IMG/VR virus record: IMGVR_UViG_3300037585_001448
Location: 1-64,000 of that record
Direction: 5' to 3' (one strand)
From: a virus
Length of the DNA: 64,000 bases
Shown: piece after piece, positions 48,444 through 57,603 of the stretch
Numbering within the stretch: position 1 is the stretch's first letter
Layout: each line of letters opens with the position of its first letter
The notes under the pieces: generated by a model
Seen by the model: only the letters and a program-made list of their open reading frames with translations
The model's database searches: none
Told to the model about the DNA's origin: nothing
Made by a program: the position numbers and the translations under genes

Positions 48444-48725
48444 TTACTTACCTCCCGATTTCTTGGGGGTGGGTTCTTTTTCGGCGGGTTCTTCCTCGTA
48501 AGCCTCGTTGACATCCGGGGTATCCGGGTCGTCGGCTACGAAATGGCCGTTGTCATCGCGAGCGCGCTTCTTGAACGTGGATTCAAGTTCAAGGTACCCG
48601 GCACCGATACGCCAGTCTTTCTTGCCAGCAGCGATGTCTACGACATCACCCGGCTCGTACCGTGTGCCAGCGACTTCGATGCCGCTGGTACCGGACTCGC
48701 CGCCGGTCACAACATACTTGGGCAC
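48444..48725 (-). CDS. Small hypothetical protein
   Basis: GGAGG RBS; RARDDNGHFVADDPDTPDVNEA motif. Confidence 0.55.
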   Translation of the reverse strand: MPKYVVTGGESGTSGIEVAGTRYEPGDVVDIAAGKKDWRIGAGYLELESTFKKRARDDNGHFVADDPDTPDVNEAYEEEPAEKEPTPKKSGGK

Positions 48726-48825
48726 GGTGCCTCCTCCGTAGGGGCGTGAACCGATGATCCCAAAAGGGCACCGGGCCACGTTCCGGCCACAAAGGGCACT
48801 TGTGTCGTTTGGTCGAACCCTAGCA

Positions 48826-49074
48826 CTACGCCCCCTGATCGCCTGTCATCTGACGGGCAGCGACAAGACGTTTAGCGGCAGCGTCGCTGAACGGTCGTTC
48901 GGTAGCCGCAGGAGGGGCCGACTCGTTGCGGCACTTGCAGCGAGAACACTTGATCGTCCACGGTGCCGTCACCCGTTCGGCCAGCAACCGTCCACAGTTC
49001 CCGCACCGGACCTTGAGGCGCGTTACCCGCTTCGCTTCTGGTACGAACTGCTCGGCATAGGCGTCGTCGTTCAT
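48826..49074 (-). CDS. Mu Com-like zinc-finger regulator
   Basis: VRCGNCGRLLA..IKCSRCKCRN. Confidence 0.7.
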   Translation of the reverse strand: MNDDAYAEQFVPEAKRVTRLKVRCGNCGRLLAERVTAPWTIKCSRCKCRNESAPPAATERPFSDAAAKRLVAARQMTGDQGA

Positions 49075-49081
49075 CAGGCAT

Positions 49082-49489
49082 CTACGAGATCGTCTTCTGG
49101 CAGGTGAAGTTGATGGAGAACACCGCCCGGTCCTGACTGTCCCGCATGATCGGGAACGGCGACTGGATCGCTTGGATGCGTTCATACCGGGTGGAGGACA
49201 GGTCTTCGTTCGTGACAAGGTTCATCTTGTCGAACACATCCTTTGCCAGAGCACGGCCCGTCGAATACGACGACGCCCGGATCAGGGTTTGGACGTTGGG
49301 TTGTTCAATGACCGGAGCCGAGTTGTTCGACATGGTGTTGATCGGACCCTGACCGCCGGTTTCCTGAACGGAGACACAGGTGTCGGGGTCGTCGGGGAGG
49401 CGACCAAGGAACAGGTTGGTGCCGAGCGTCAATGTTACGTTTGTGACATTTGCTGCGAGGTAGGTGCCGACCTCATCCAGCACGCTCAT
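49082..49489 (-). CDS. Tail terminator / 'minor capsid' family protein
   Basis: LFLGRLPDDPD, PNVQ..RA and D..DR..FSINF. Confidence 0.75.
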   Translation of the reverse strand: MSVLDEVGTYLAANVTNVTLTLGTNLFLGRLPDDPDTCVSVQETGGQGPINTMSNNSAPVIEQPNVQTLIRASSYSTGRALAKDVFDKMNLVTNEDLSSTRYERIQAIQSPFPIMRDSQDRAVFSINFTCQKTIS

Positions 49490-49929
49490 CGGAGGTCACC
49501 TTGGATCTCTCGCATGAGTCGCCGCTCCATGCCTTGGGCAGCCATGAAGAACGGGAACTCCAAGAACTTGCCTTGCCCGGACTTCTGGTAATACTTCTTC
49601 TCCACCGGGTTCCACGCCAACCCCCGGTTCGTTGGAACGCCCGCTGTTTCGTGGACCTCTTTCGCATACGGCGTGTCGGCGTCTCCGACTGTCACAGCCG
49701 TTTCGTACACTCCCCCCACCGGGTTCGTCATGGGAGGAACCGTCGGTTCCTGCGCCACCGTGGACCTGAGGTAGCCGGTAGCGACCGGCACCAACCCGGT
49801 GACCGCTGTCTCCAACCGGTTGGCTTCCGTCCAGATCGCCCGCGCTGCCGTCTTCGGCAGGTTCTCAATGTCCTTGACCTTCTTGAAGAAGTCGCTCATG
49901 TCCAGATCGAACGAAGCGTTCTTAGCCAC
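49486..49929 (-). CDS. HK97 gp10-like neck protein
   Basis: VPVATGYLRS, PYAKEVHE and KFLE. Confidence 0.75.
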   Translation of the reverse strand: MAKNASFDLDMSDFFKKVKDIENLPKTAARAIWTEANRLETAVTGLVPVATGYLRSTVAQEPTVPPMTNPVGGVYETAVTVGDADTPYAKEVHETAGVPTNRGLAWNPVEKKYYQKSGQGKFLEFPFFMAAQGMERRLMREIQGDLR

Positions 49930-50284
49930 GGGTGTTCCTTCCGCAGAACACGACGACGCACTGTTGGCCGAAGTTGTCGGTGCGGCGCTCCACCTTGATG
50001 ATCGGGCGTACCGCTGAGATCGGAGCGGGAAGGGTGATCTCGTCTTCCGGGTTGATGTTCAGCGAATCATCAGGGATGAACACCTTGTATTCGGCGATGC
50101 GTTCCTCGTTCTCGTTGCGGATCACATCATCGGACTTCTCCACATAGGCCGAATACGAAGTGGTGGCCCCCGTGAACGCCCGTTCGCCATAGTTGTTGAG
50201 CGACGAAGTAGTACGAATCGCCACCGTGTCTGGCGTCATGTCGTTCTTGATGTCGGTCATAAACTGGATACTGGAAGCGGTCAT
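49922..50284 (-). CDS. Head closure protein
   Basis: Synteny; NNYGE motif. Confidence 0.6.
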   Translation of the reverse strand: MTASSIQFMTDIKNDMTPDTVAIRTTSSLNNYGERAFTGATTSYSAYVEKSDDVIRNENEERIAEYKVFIPDDSLNINPEDEITLPAPISAVRPIIKVERRTDNFGQQCVVVFCGRNTRG

Positions 50285-50754
50285 CAGTCCGCACCCGGCC
50301 AAAACTGGATCGTGCCAGTCGTAGTACCCCTGTCGTCAAACTGTCTCTGCCAGAACAACGGTTGCACCATGTCGGAGTTGCCACGGTCGATGTCCTTGTC
50401 AGAAATCGTCATGCCACCAAGGTACGGGGTAGGGACCAACCCCTCCCGTGATGCCAGTTCCTTCAACTCGGTGGCTTGATCCCGGTAGCCCTTCGCCTTC
50501 TGGCTCATATCGACCCGAAGATCACCGACCGCTTTGTCGGCCATGCGTGAGAACTTTGATGCGATCGTCAGACAGCACCGGTACGAAGCGTCGTACAAAC
50601 CGGTTGTGGCCGTATCCGACCCTGTGACCTGATTGTTGACCCACGCGATCTCTTCGTCACTCACCAACTGGTCAGTCGTGTCGGTGTCGCCGATCAGAAA
50701 TCGGATGGCGTCACGGGCGTTTGCTGACGGGTCACCGCTGTAAGTCCAAGTCAT
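50284..50754 (-). CDS. Head-tail adaptor
   Basis: DAIRFLIGDTD..LVSDEEI. Confidence 0.75.
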   Translation of the reverse strand: MTWTYSGDPSANARDAIRFLIGDTDTTDQLVSDEEIAWVNNQVTGSDTATTGLYDASYRCCLTIASKFSRMADKAVGDLRVDMSQKAKGYRDQATELKELASREGLVPTPYLGGMTISDKDIDRGNSDMVQPLFWQRQFDDRGTTTGTIQFWPGAD

Positions 50755-50773
50755 TTCGTGCCCCTAACTGGCT

Positions 50774-50809
50774 AAGGCCGGGAGCCGGTGTTAGCCGACC
50801 CCCGGCCTT
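50774..50809 (-). terminator. Hairpin downstream of the capsid gene
   Basis: AAGGCCGGG..CCCGGCCTT stem. Confidence 0.55.
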
Positions 50810-50838
50810 CTAGCCGTTCTTGCTCAACAGGTGAGGGT

Positions 50839-51786
50839 CTAGGCCACGCAGTTTGAGAAGAAGTAACCCAGAGGCGATGAGACGACCTTGAAGTCCCATG
50901 CGCTCTGAATCTCAATGCGGTCGGCCCGCAGGTGATCCATGCGGAACCTGCTGACTGCGGTGCTCGTACCCAGACCGCCACCAACTCCGTTCCAAACGAA
51001 GTTGTACCCGGCGCTTGGGGTCATCAGACCTGCGCTCGGGGCGACGTAGGCAAGGAGGGCGTCCTTGTCACCGATCTGCGCGTAGGAGTCAGTTGCCCCC
51101 TCCGCAGCGGAATCGTAGACGCCTGCCATGACGAGGACACGATCGACACCAAGTACCTTGGCGATCAAGTCCGTGTTGATGGACTCTGCGCTGGTGTATT
51201 TGTACCTGTCCACGATGTCGCTGTGGTTACGCAGAATAGAGAAGACTGCGTAAGACACGATCAACGTGTTCGCGATGTAGCCGGTGTTCGTCAGGATCGT
51301 GTTGATCCCGGCCTGAACGTCTGCGATCGGAGTCGAACCCGAAGCACTCCAAAGAGTGCTAGGGGTGCTGTCCGTTCCCCAAACGCTGGTTGTGAACGCC
51401 GACGAGGCCCAATCCCGCTCCTGACGAATCAGCATTTGCTGAGACAGGAACCGGGTTGCATCCATGTCGGGGTTCAGTGGGCTGTCAGAGTTCTCACGAA
51501 CCTGATCGCCGATGTCCTTGTGCAACGCGTAGACCGACGTTGAATAGGACGCCGTGCTCAGGCCGTATCCGCTACCCGCCGACTCCGTTCCATCGGCACG
51601 CCGCTGAACAGCGTCCCGCATGAAATCGGACTGGGTGTATTGGAAGTAGAGGTCTGACTGCTTGTTGACAGGTACCGTCGGAAAGGCGTTCGGTGCAACG
51701 AAGGCGTAAGCCTCCTGCATGTACGCAACCGACATATTGGTTAGCACGCTGTCAACGTGTACGTCATTTCTGGTTGGCTGTGGCAT
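50839..51786 (-). CDS. Major capsid protein, phage B
   Basis: HVDSVLTNMSVAY, FPTVPV and PSAGYNF; follows the decoration gene. Confidence 0.85.
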   Translation of the reverse strand: MPQPTRNDVHVDSVLTNMSVAYMQEAYAFVAPNAFPTVPVNKQSDLYFQYTQSDFMRDAVQRRADGTESAGSGYGLSTASYSTSVYALHKDIGDQVRENSDSPLNPDMDATRFLSQQMLIRQERDWASSAFTTSVWGTDSTPSTLWSASGSTPIADVQAGINTILTNTGYIANTLIVSYAVFSILRNHSDIVDRYKYTSAESINTDLIAKVLGVDRVLVMAGVYDSAAEGATDSYAQIGDKDALLAYVAPSAGLMTPSAGYNFVWNGVGGGLGTSTAVSRFRMDHLRADRIEIQSAWDFKVVSSPLGYFFSNCVA

Positions 51787-51799
51787 TGGTCAGTCCTTC

Positions 51800-52186
51800 C
51801 TACTTCGCACGGCCGTTGGTGACGTTGAGAATCATCTCAGTCGTCTCGCCAGCAGAAGCAGCACCGAGACACTGACCCATCATGTAGACGGTCGTGTCGG
51901 TGCCGGGAGAGATTGCGTCAGCCTGAGCGTCAGCAGAAGTCCCGATGAAGTTACCGGCAGCGAGTGTGCCGTCGGCAACAACCTTGGAAACTCCCGAGAC
52001 GGCGACAATCGCCGACTCCCCGCTCTCTGGGGCGTTCTGGAGGATGCCGATTGGAGCGTTCGTGATAGCCGTAGCCACGTTCACCGTGCTGGCCGAAGCC
52101 AGAACGACGAAGTGGTACTGCTTGGACGAAAGATCCGCGGCAGCCGTGAGAGTCCCTATGGTGACTAATCCGGTTTCGTAAGCCAT
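51800..52186 (-). CDS. Capsid cement/decoration protein (DUF2190-like)
   Basis: AAADLS..YHFV..IGILQNAP..GVSKVVA. Confidence 0.75.
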   Translation of the reverse strand: MAYETGLVTIGTLTAAADLSSKQYHFVVLASASTVNVATAITNAPIGILQNAPESGESAIVAVSGVSKVVADGTLAAGNFIGTSADAQADAISPGTDTTVYMMGQCLGAASAGETTEMILNVTNGRAK

Positions 52187-52935
52187 CAGGCGTTCCCCGT
52201 TTCAACTCGGTGCTGGTGGTACAGGCCGGGGTTAGCAACCGTGACACTCTGGAGGGCATCGGTGTACGACGTAAACTGACCGTCGCTTACCGCTGCCTTC
52301 GCCAACGAGTCGATCTGCTCCCAAGCCGAATCGGTGGCCGGTTCGCCATCCGTTCCAATCTGAGCCATTGTGATGTTCTCCGAAAGGAGAGCATTTGCCG
52401 CGTCAAGAACCTTCTCAACGGCGGCAGCCTCGTTCGGGGAATCGTGACGCAACGACACCAGAGTCTTGGTGAACTCTTCGGTCATCTGCGGGAGATACGA
52501 CCAACCGCTCACACGGTCGGTGGCCTTCTCCACGGCCCTTTCATGCTGGAGTGCCTTCGCCAGAGACTCAGCATCGGTGGCCCGCTTGCGTAGATCGTCG
52601 ATCTGCTTCGTGATCGCTTCGGGAACGGTGTCATCGACGGACGCCATTACAGGCTCCCGCTCAACAGCGTCCACGGAGGTTTCGCTCGCATCGACAGTCT
52701 CCGGCTCGGTGGCCTCGGATGCCTCATCAGTGGTTTCGGGCTGCTCCACGCTGGTCTCTTCGCTCACGGTTATTCCTCCCGTGTCGTCGGTTGAGTCAAC
52801 ATCTGACATTAGCGAATCTGCTTCGTCCAGAACTTCGTCAAGGCTCTTCATCAGAAGCCACCCCTCGTGGAGATGGGCCGGATGGTCAACACCCGACGCT
52901 TCGATGATTTCTAGGTCTGTCAGTTTTTTCGCCAT
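52186..52935 (-). CDS. Scaffolding protein with protease-like N-terminal strand
   Basis: LTDLEIIEASGVDHPA followed by acidic and coiled-coil regions. Confidence 0.7.
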   Translation of the reverse strand: MAKKLTDLEIIEASGVDHPAHLHEGWLLMKSLDEVLDEADSLMSDVDSTDDTGGITVSEETSVEQPETTDEASEATEPETVDASETSVDAVEREPVMASVDDTVPEAITKQIDDLRKRATDAESLAKALQHERAVEKATDRVSGWSYLPQMTEEFTKTLVSLRHDSPNEAAAVEKVLDAANALLSENITMAQIGTDGEPATDSAWEQIDSLAKAAVSDGQFTSYTDALQSVTVANPGLYHQHRVETGNA

Positions 52936-53215
52936 AATGCAGAAAGGCCACACCCTTTTCAGATGTGGCCCGTGGGCTTGCCTCTATTTTCCAGACCGTG
53001 GGTTCACGGCCTAGTCGGAACCATAGCACTTCCCTCTGGTGTAACAACGGTTACGACTTCTACCGGTTGAGGGCCACCGTTGAGCACGATGGTCGGGCGT
53101 TTGCGTACCGCACCCCGGTTGGCATACAACCGGACCTCAACCTGACCATCGAACGATGCGACAAGAGCCGCTATGCGAGCGAGTTGCTGCTCCCACGAGT
53201 CAATGACTGGATGGC

Positions 53216-54526
53216 TCACACCAAAGCCGGTTCGCCCAAGGCGGCTTCCATGCGTCGGGCGCTGCCACCGATCGAATACCCGCGGAGGTCGCCGTTCTGG
53301 ACTAGATCCCACGCCCACGGTTCCCAGATGACACCCATGAACGGGGTGTTGGCAGGGAAGTCGAACGCTCTGTCGTCTTCGCCGGGGAGGCTCATCGCTG
53401 CGGTGATCGGGAACGGCCAAGTCAGGAGTTCAACGAACTCTCCGGCTTTCGTATCGGAGTGCTGGAGGTAGATGGACCGGTCGTCCTTCTTCATCCACCC
53501 CCACAACGCTTGCTGCAATGTGTCGTCGTCAGTGAACTCACCGTGGGCGTCCAACACACCGGGGACGTAAACCGGGCCGAGGGTGTACCGCTTCGCGTCG
53601 GCCTTCTCCACAACCATTGTCCCCGACTTGGAAATGCGGGTTTGGATCTCGGCACGAACGAACTGGCGCATCGCTTCGACGTTCGGCGTGTTGCCCATCA
53701 TGTCAAAGCCGTTCATCCACTGGGTCAACTGGCTCAACGACGCACGGCTCACGCGCTGCAACGAGATTTCGGCGTCTCGGCGGTACTCGCGACGACGCTT
53801 GCCCTTGCCCTGCTCCACGTTGGCGTAGGTGCCGCCCGGCGTGAAGTTCAGTTCGTCGTCCACGACCTCCATGCCGAGCATGTCAAGCATGATCTCCTGC
53901 TTGGCGTGGATGAGTTCCATCAACGGGCCAAGCAACGGTTCGCACTCTGGGCTGTCCAGCATCGTGCGGTACGCCATCAACAGGAGAGTCATGGCGTCCT
54001 GCTCGTAGCCGCCACCGCCGTGGTCCTTGTCCATGATGCGCTTCCCTACCTCGTCGGCTGGAGTGTGAGTCGTTGTGCGGCTGGCGAGCAAAACCCGCGG
54101 GGCATCGGAGCGTTCCATCTCTGGGTGCATGTCCAGCCACGCTCGGAGCACCTTCGCTTTCACCGCGGGAAGGTCCGCTGCCGGGATGCGGACACGCTGC
54201 CCCCGGTAGCCCTTCCCTAGAGCAGCGACAGCCAAACCGACTTGCCGTCGGGTGACCTTCATCTCTGGTGTCTGCCAGAGCCGCAACTTCCACGTTGACG
54301 GCTTCTCAGGATCAGGGACGTAGGCGTAAGCCACGGCGGGGTATTCCTCACCGCTGTCCGTCTTGGTTGCCTTCTGCATGTCGGCCCCCTCTGATGCGTA
54401 CAGCGCAGCGATCTGACGGCGGGCCGCAGCGCGGGTCTTGTGGCAGCCCATCAACTGGTCGGTGCCGTCCTTGACGACGCCGAAGCCGGAACAATCGCTT
54501 CGGTTGGCAGCGACCGAGTAGGGCAT
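53216..54526 (-). CDS. XkdF-like prohead serine protease with N-terminal accessory domains
   Basis: GPVYVP..DAHGE, H, and GYSIGG catalytic-Ser motif. Confidence 0.75.
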   Translation of the reverse strand: MPYSVAANRSDCSGFGVVKDGTDQLMGCHKTRAAARRQIAALYASEGADMQKATKTDSGEEYPAVAYAYVPDPEKPSTWKLRLWQTPEMKVTRRQVGLAVAALGKGYRGQRVRIPAADLPAVKAKVLRAWLDMHPEMERSDAPRVLLASRTTTHTPADEVGKRIMDKDHGGGGYEQDAMTLLLMAYRTMLDSPECEPLLGPLMELIHAKQEIMLDMLGMEVVDDELNFTPGGTYANVEQGKGKRRREYRRDAEISLQRVSRASLSQLTQWMNGFDMMGNTPNVEAMRQFVRAEIQTRISKSGTMVVEKADAKRYTLGPVYVPGVLDAHGEFTDDDTLQQALWGWMKKDDRSIYLQHSDTKAGEFVELLTWPFPITAAMSLPGEDDRAFDFPANTPFMGVIWEPWAWDLVQNGDLRGYSIGGSARRMEAALGEPALV

Positions 54527-54553
54527 GGCCCGCAGCGTAGCAAGCCCGGTGGG

Positions 54554-54805
54554 TTACTTGATGAACCGCCTGACACCCCACTCGGTAGCAAGCCTCTTCG
54601 CTTCCTTTCGGGTGATGATGTCAACACTGTTGGCTTCGCCGAACCGCCAGTCGTTCAACGTCAGGGTCGGCACCCAACCATCTGGGTGAAGCACCATGTC
54701 TTGCAGATACGACGGCCCTTCTTCACTCATGTAAAGAACAGTGTGCGTCCCATCAGGTGCCGTCCTCGCGTAGTAGGTGCGGGTGACGGTGGACCGTCGG
54801 GCCAT
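54554..54805 (-). CDS. Candidate immunity protein for the alarmone-synthetase domain
   Basis: 83 aa, YY..GW..DIITRKEAKRLA. Recalled resemblance to Tis1/IapK-type proteins, unverified. Confidence 0.45.
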   Translation of the reverse strand: MARRSTVTRTYYARTAPDGTHTVLYMSEEGPSYLQDMVLHPDGWVPTLTLNDWRFGEANSVDIITRKEAKRLATEWGVRRFIK

Positions 54806-55056
54806 CAGGCAGCGCCTACGTCGCGTGGCCCTACGTCTGGTGAGCCGACGAACCCGGTGAGGTCGGGCCACTCGCCGGGGATCTCCACGATGCCGCCCTC
54901 GTCGGCGATCTCCTTCATCTGCCGGGAGATGATCTTCCAACGACCTTCCATCATCGGCGACTTCGGCAACTCAGACCGAGGGTCGCCGTACTTCCACCCG
55001 GCTGAGATTTCCACCATCATCCGGTTGAGTTCTTCGCTGGTTGGTACTGCCATCAT
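54805..55056 (-). CDS. Small protein, candidate immunity/antitoxin
   Basis: Own TACACT -10 (55077-55082) and AAGGAG RBS; coupled to 54554-54805. Confidence 0.4.
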   Translation of the reverse strand: MMAVPTSEELNRMMVEISAGWKYGDPRSELPKSPMMEGRWKIISRQMKEIADEGGIVEIPGEWPDLTGFVGSPDVGPRDVGAA

Positions 55057-55095
55057 CGTCTCCTTCGTTGCTTCGTAGTGTAGCCGGTTCTAGCG

Positions 55096-55641
55096 TCACA
55101 GGGCGATGGCCCCGGCGATCCGTTCAGTGATCGCAAAGTCGAACGGTGCAGCATCCCACCCGGTTGGGTCGTGGTCTACGCCCAGCCCGTCGGCGTCGAA
55201 CTCCTTGACCAACTGTGCTGCGAGATCCGGGGCGACGTACCGAAGCAGCGACAGGTACTCGGTGCGGAACGGTCGGGTGTGCCCCTTCGGGAGATCGTGC
55301 CGCCAGAACGACATCACATGGGCGAGTTCGTGGCAGATGATCTGGACGTTCCAGTGTTGCCTGTTGAGTCGGATCGCCCAACCCGCGTGGTAGTGACCAC
55401 CCCGGCTGGCCGAGTCCGACCGCTGCCGGAAACAGTGGACTGGTTCGATCATGGCAGCGTCGCCGCCCCGTGCGTACCAGTACGGCGACTCGGTGATTGC
55501 ATCGACCAGCGCCTTACACGAATCGAACTCGGTGAACGACTGGTAGGGCTTCAACACGACCCGGCTTTCCGCGGCGTACACCAGTTCGGCCTCAACGTCA
55601 GAGACAACATCCACGGTCGGATCAGCAGACCACGCGCTCAC
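55096..55641 (-). CDS. HEXXH metallohydrolase, TIGR04338/Rv0185-like
   Basis: VYAAE, CHELAH and GHxxxFxxxYLxL; GTGA overlap with the DUF2786 gene. Confidence 0.8.
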   Translation of the reverse strand: MSAWSADPTVDVVSDVEAELVYAAESRVVLKPYQSFTEFDSCKALVDAITESPYWYARGGDAAMIEPVHCFRQRSDSASRGGHYHAGWAIRLNRQHWNVQIICHELAHVMSFWRHDLPKGHTRPFRTEYLSLLRYVAPDLAAQLVKEFDADGLGVDHDPTGWDAAPFDFAITERIAGAIAL

Positions 55642-56498
55642 CGGGACAGCGCCCCTACCGCACCGCTCTTGACGGCTGAACCGCCAAGGCGTGCCCGTCC
55701 ACCGGCAGCCTGTCCAGCCGACCGGCCCGACCCGCCGAAAGACCCGGCAGATGATCCCCGCCCGGCGCACACCTTCGGGTACTTCGTGTCGAAGACGCTC
55801 TTGACCGCTTGGTCCTTGTCACGCAACGCCACCTCAACCGACGTACTGACGACCATTTCGGCTTCGGCCTGTTCGGCAGCGAACGCCTCTTCGGCTTCGC
55901 GTGTCGCTTCCAGCCGGGCTTGCCTGATCCGGCCCGCCACCCGGTCGGTGAACCCAAGCAGGAACGCGTTCTTCCAAGCGATGACATGGCCCGGCGCGTA
56001 TGTCTCCGACCGCATCTGAGCGACCATCTCTGGTGCATGGACCGCTTCGGCGGCTTGAAGGCTCAACGAGGTGACGAGCATGTCCACATAGTCAAGGTCG
56101 GACTCAAAGCCGCAGACCTCAATCCACTTGACGTACTGCCGCTTCGGACGCGGACCCCGGTCGGCAACATCAACCTCGTACCAGTCGTTCAACTCTGGGG
56201 AGAACTGCTTGCGGCCCGCTTGGATGATCTGCGTCAACCCGTGAGCACGGGCGATCTGGGAAACCAGATTCATCCGTGGACTCTCGTACTTCCCGGCATC
56301 GACGTAGAACCGTCGAAACCCGATCGTGTCTTCGACCGGTTTGCCAGCAGCGAGCACCAGCGCCTCTTCGATGCCGTACTTCGCCATCAGGCGTTCGGCA
56401 CCGCTGATGAAAGCGTGGGCCTCTTCCTCGTAGTCGGTGGCTTCGGCCTGATCCAGCAACGCCCGGACCTTGGCGAGCACCTTGTCATGGTTGCTCAT
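55638..56498 (-). CDS. DUF2786-domain protein, Rv0184-like
   Basis: KVRALLDQAE..EEEAHAF..AERLMAKYGI, GFESD and AFLLGFTDRV. Confidence 0.8.
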   Translation of the reverse strand: MSNHDKVLAKVRALLDQAEATDYEEEAHAFISGAERLMAKYGIEEALVLAAGKPVEDTIGFRRFYVDAGKYESPRMNLVSQIARAHGLTQIIQAGRKQFSPELNDWYEVDVADRGPRPKRQYVKWIEVCGFESDLDYVDMLVTSLSLQAAEAVHAPEMVAQMRSETYAPGHVIAWKNAFLLGFTDRVAGRIRQARLEATREAEEAFAAEQAEAEMVVSTSVEVALRDKDQAVKSVFDTKYPKVCAGRGSSAGSFGGSGRSAGQAAGGRARLGGSAVKSGAVGALSR

Positions 56499-56863
56499 TA
56501 GATGATCCCCGCCTTGTCCAAGTAGTCGGCTGCGAACTTCATCGCCTCGTTGAAGGCTCCGGCGTCTAGCGACCATGCAGGTACGCCGCCGTGGAGGTTG
56601 AGTCCAGCGGTCTGGCACCGGTCCTCGTCCAGCAAGGTTGATGCGTAGTACCGGCTGGCGAACTGGCCGTGGCCGGGGAACGTCGGGTCGCAGTTCGGAC
56701 GGGTGTAGTCGTAGAACTCAACCATCGCGCCGTATGGCTTGCCGTCCGGGTCAACGCTGTCGTTGACCAGACATCCGTCGCGACCGTAGGTCTCTCCCTG
56801 TCGGACGATCTTGACGAGGAACACCTTGCCCTCGTCGTTGGTCACCTTGTGGAACTTGTTCAC
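56498..56863 (-). CDS. Hypothetical protein
   Basis: GQFASRYY..GLNLHGGVPAW; AAGGAG RBS. Confidence 0.6.
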   Translation of the reverse strand: MNKFHKVTNDEGKVFLVKIVRQGETYGRDGCLVNDSVDPDGKPYGAMVEFYDYTRPNCDPTFPGHGQFASRYYASTLLDEDRCQTAGLNLHGGVPAWSLDAGAFNEAMKFAADYLDKAGII

Positions 56864-56918
56864 TGTCTCTCCTTGTTGGTTGTCGGTTGGAACTCGTGGG
56901 CACCGGGGCAGCAAGCCT

Positions 56919-57374
56919 TCATTCGACGTACTCCCATTCGCCTAGACAATCCTGAATGAACAGGTCGTGGTTGAAGCACTTGGCGCAATCGCAACCCGCC
57001 TCGTACTCCCACTTCCCCTTGAACGGTTCGCCGGTCATGGTGTGCTGGTTGCGCCAACCCTTGACGGGCCGGTCCTTGGGGCGGGTCACCGCTGCCCGCT
57101 CACGGGCGTTGGCCTCTTCCCTCTCGCGCTGCTCCTGCTCCCGCTCTGCGATCAGCGCCTTGTCCTGCCGGTAAGCCGCGGCAACGTCAGCGGGATCGCC
57201 ACCGCCGTGAACCCAACTCATACCGAACTCTGCGTAATCCTCGGCTGCGTGCTGTGCATCCATGTATTCGTCACAGGCCGGGCACCGCTCTGGTCCCATG
57301 TGGACCTCGGTCTGGCTTTCCGAAAACTCTGTGGCCTCCGGTTCCGTCGTGCAGGTTGCGATGTGCTCGCTCAT
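56919..57374 (-). CDS. Hypothetical Cys-containing protein
   Basis: CxxC and CxCxxC motifs; GGAGG RBS. Confidence 0.55.
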   Translation of the reverse strand: MSEHIATCTTEPEATEFSESQTEVHMGPERCPACDEYMDAQHAAEDYAEFGMSWVHGGGDPADVAAAYRQDKALIAEREQEQREREEANARERAAVTRPKDRPVKGWRNQHTMTGEPFKGKWEYEAGCDCAKCFNHDLFIQDCLGEWEYVE

Positions 57375-57529
57375 CACTCGGCCTCCTTGATGTCGATGGT
57401 CGCCTTGGCTGCTGCCACCGTTGTCCACCGGGACTCACGGGGGAGCAGGGACAGGTACGGAGCATGAACAGTCACAACGCCATCGTCATCAGTTGTGATC
57501 TCATAGCCCTTGTAGGTGGTGGCGCTCAT
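57374..57529 (-). CDS. Small hypothetical protein (YKGYEI..)
   Basis: First gene after the promoter at 57569-57598. Confidence 0.5.
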   Translation of the reverse strand: MSATTYKGYEITTDDDGVVTVHAPYLSLLPRESRWTTVAAAKATIDIKEAE

Positions 57530-57568
57530 CACTGTCTCTCCTTGGTAGCCGGTCTCTGTCATGACCCC

Positions 57569-57598
57569 AGTGTAGCCTGATGTAGCGCCTTGACGCAA
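57569..57598 (-). promoter_or_regulatory. SigA-like promoter TTGCGT-N18-TACACT
   Basis: Read on the minus strand. Confidence 0.55.
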
Positions 57599-57603
57599 CA
57601 TGG

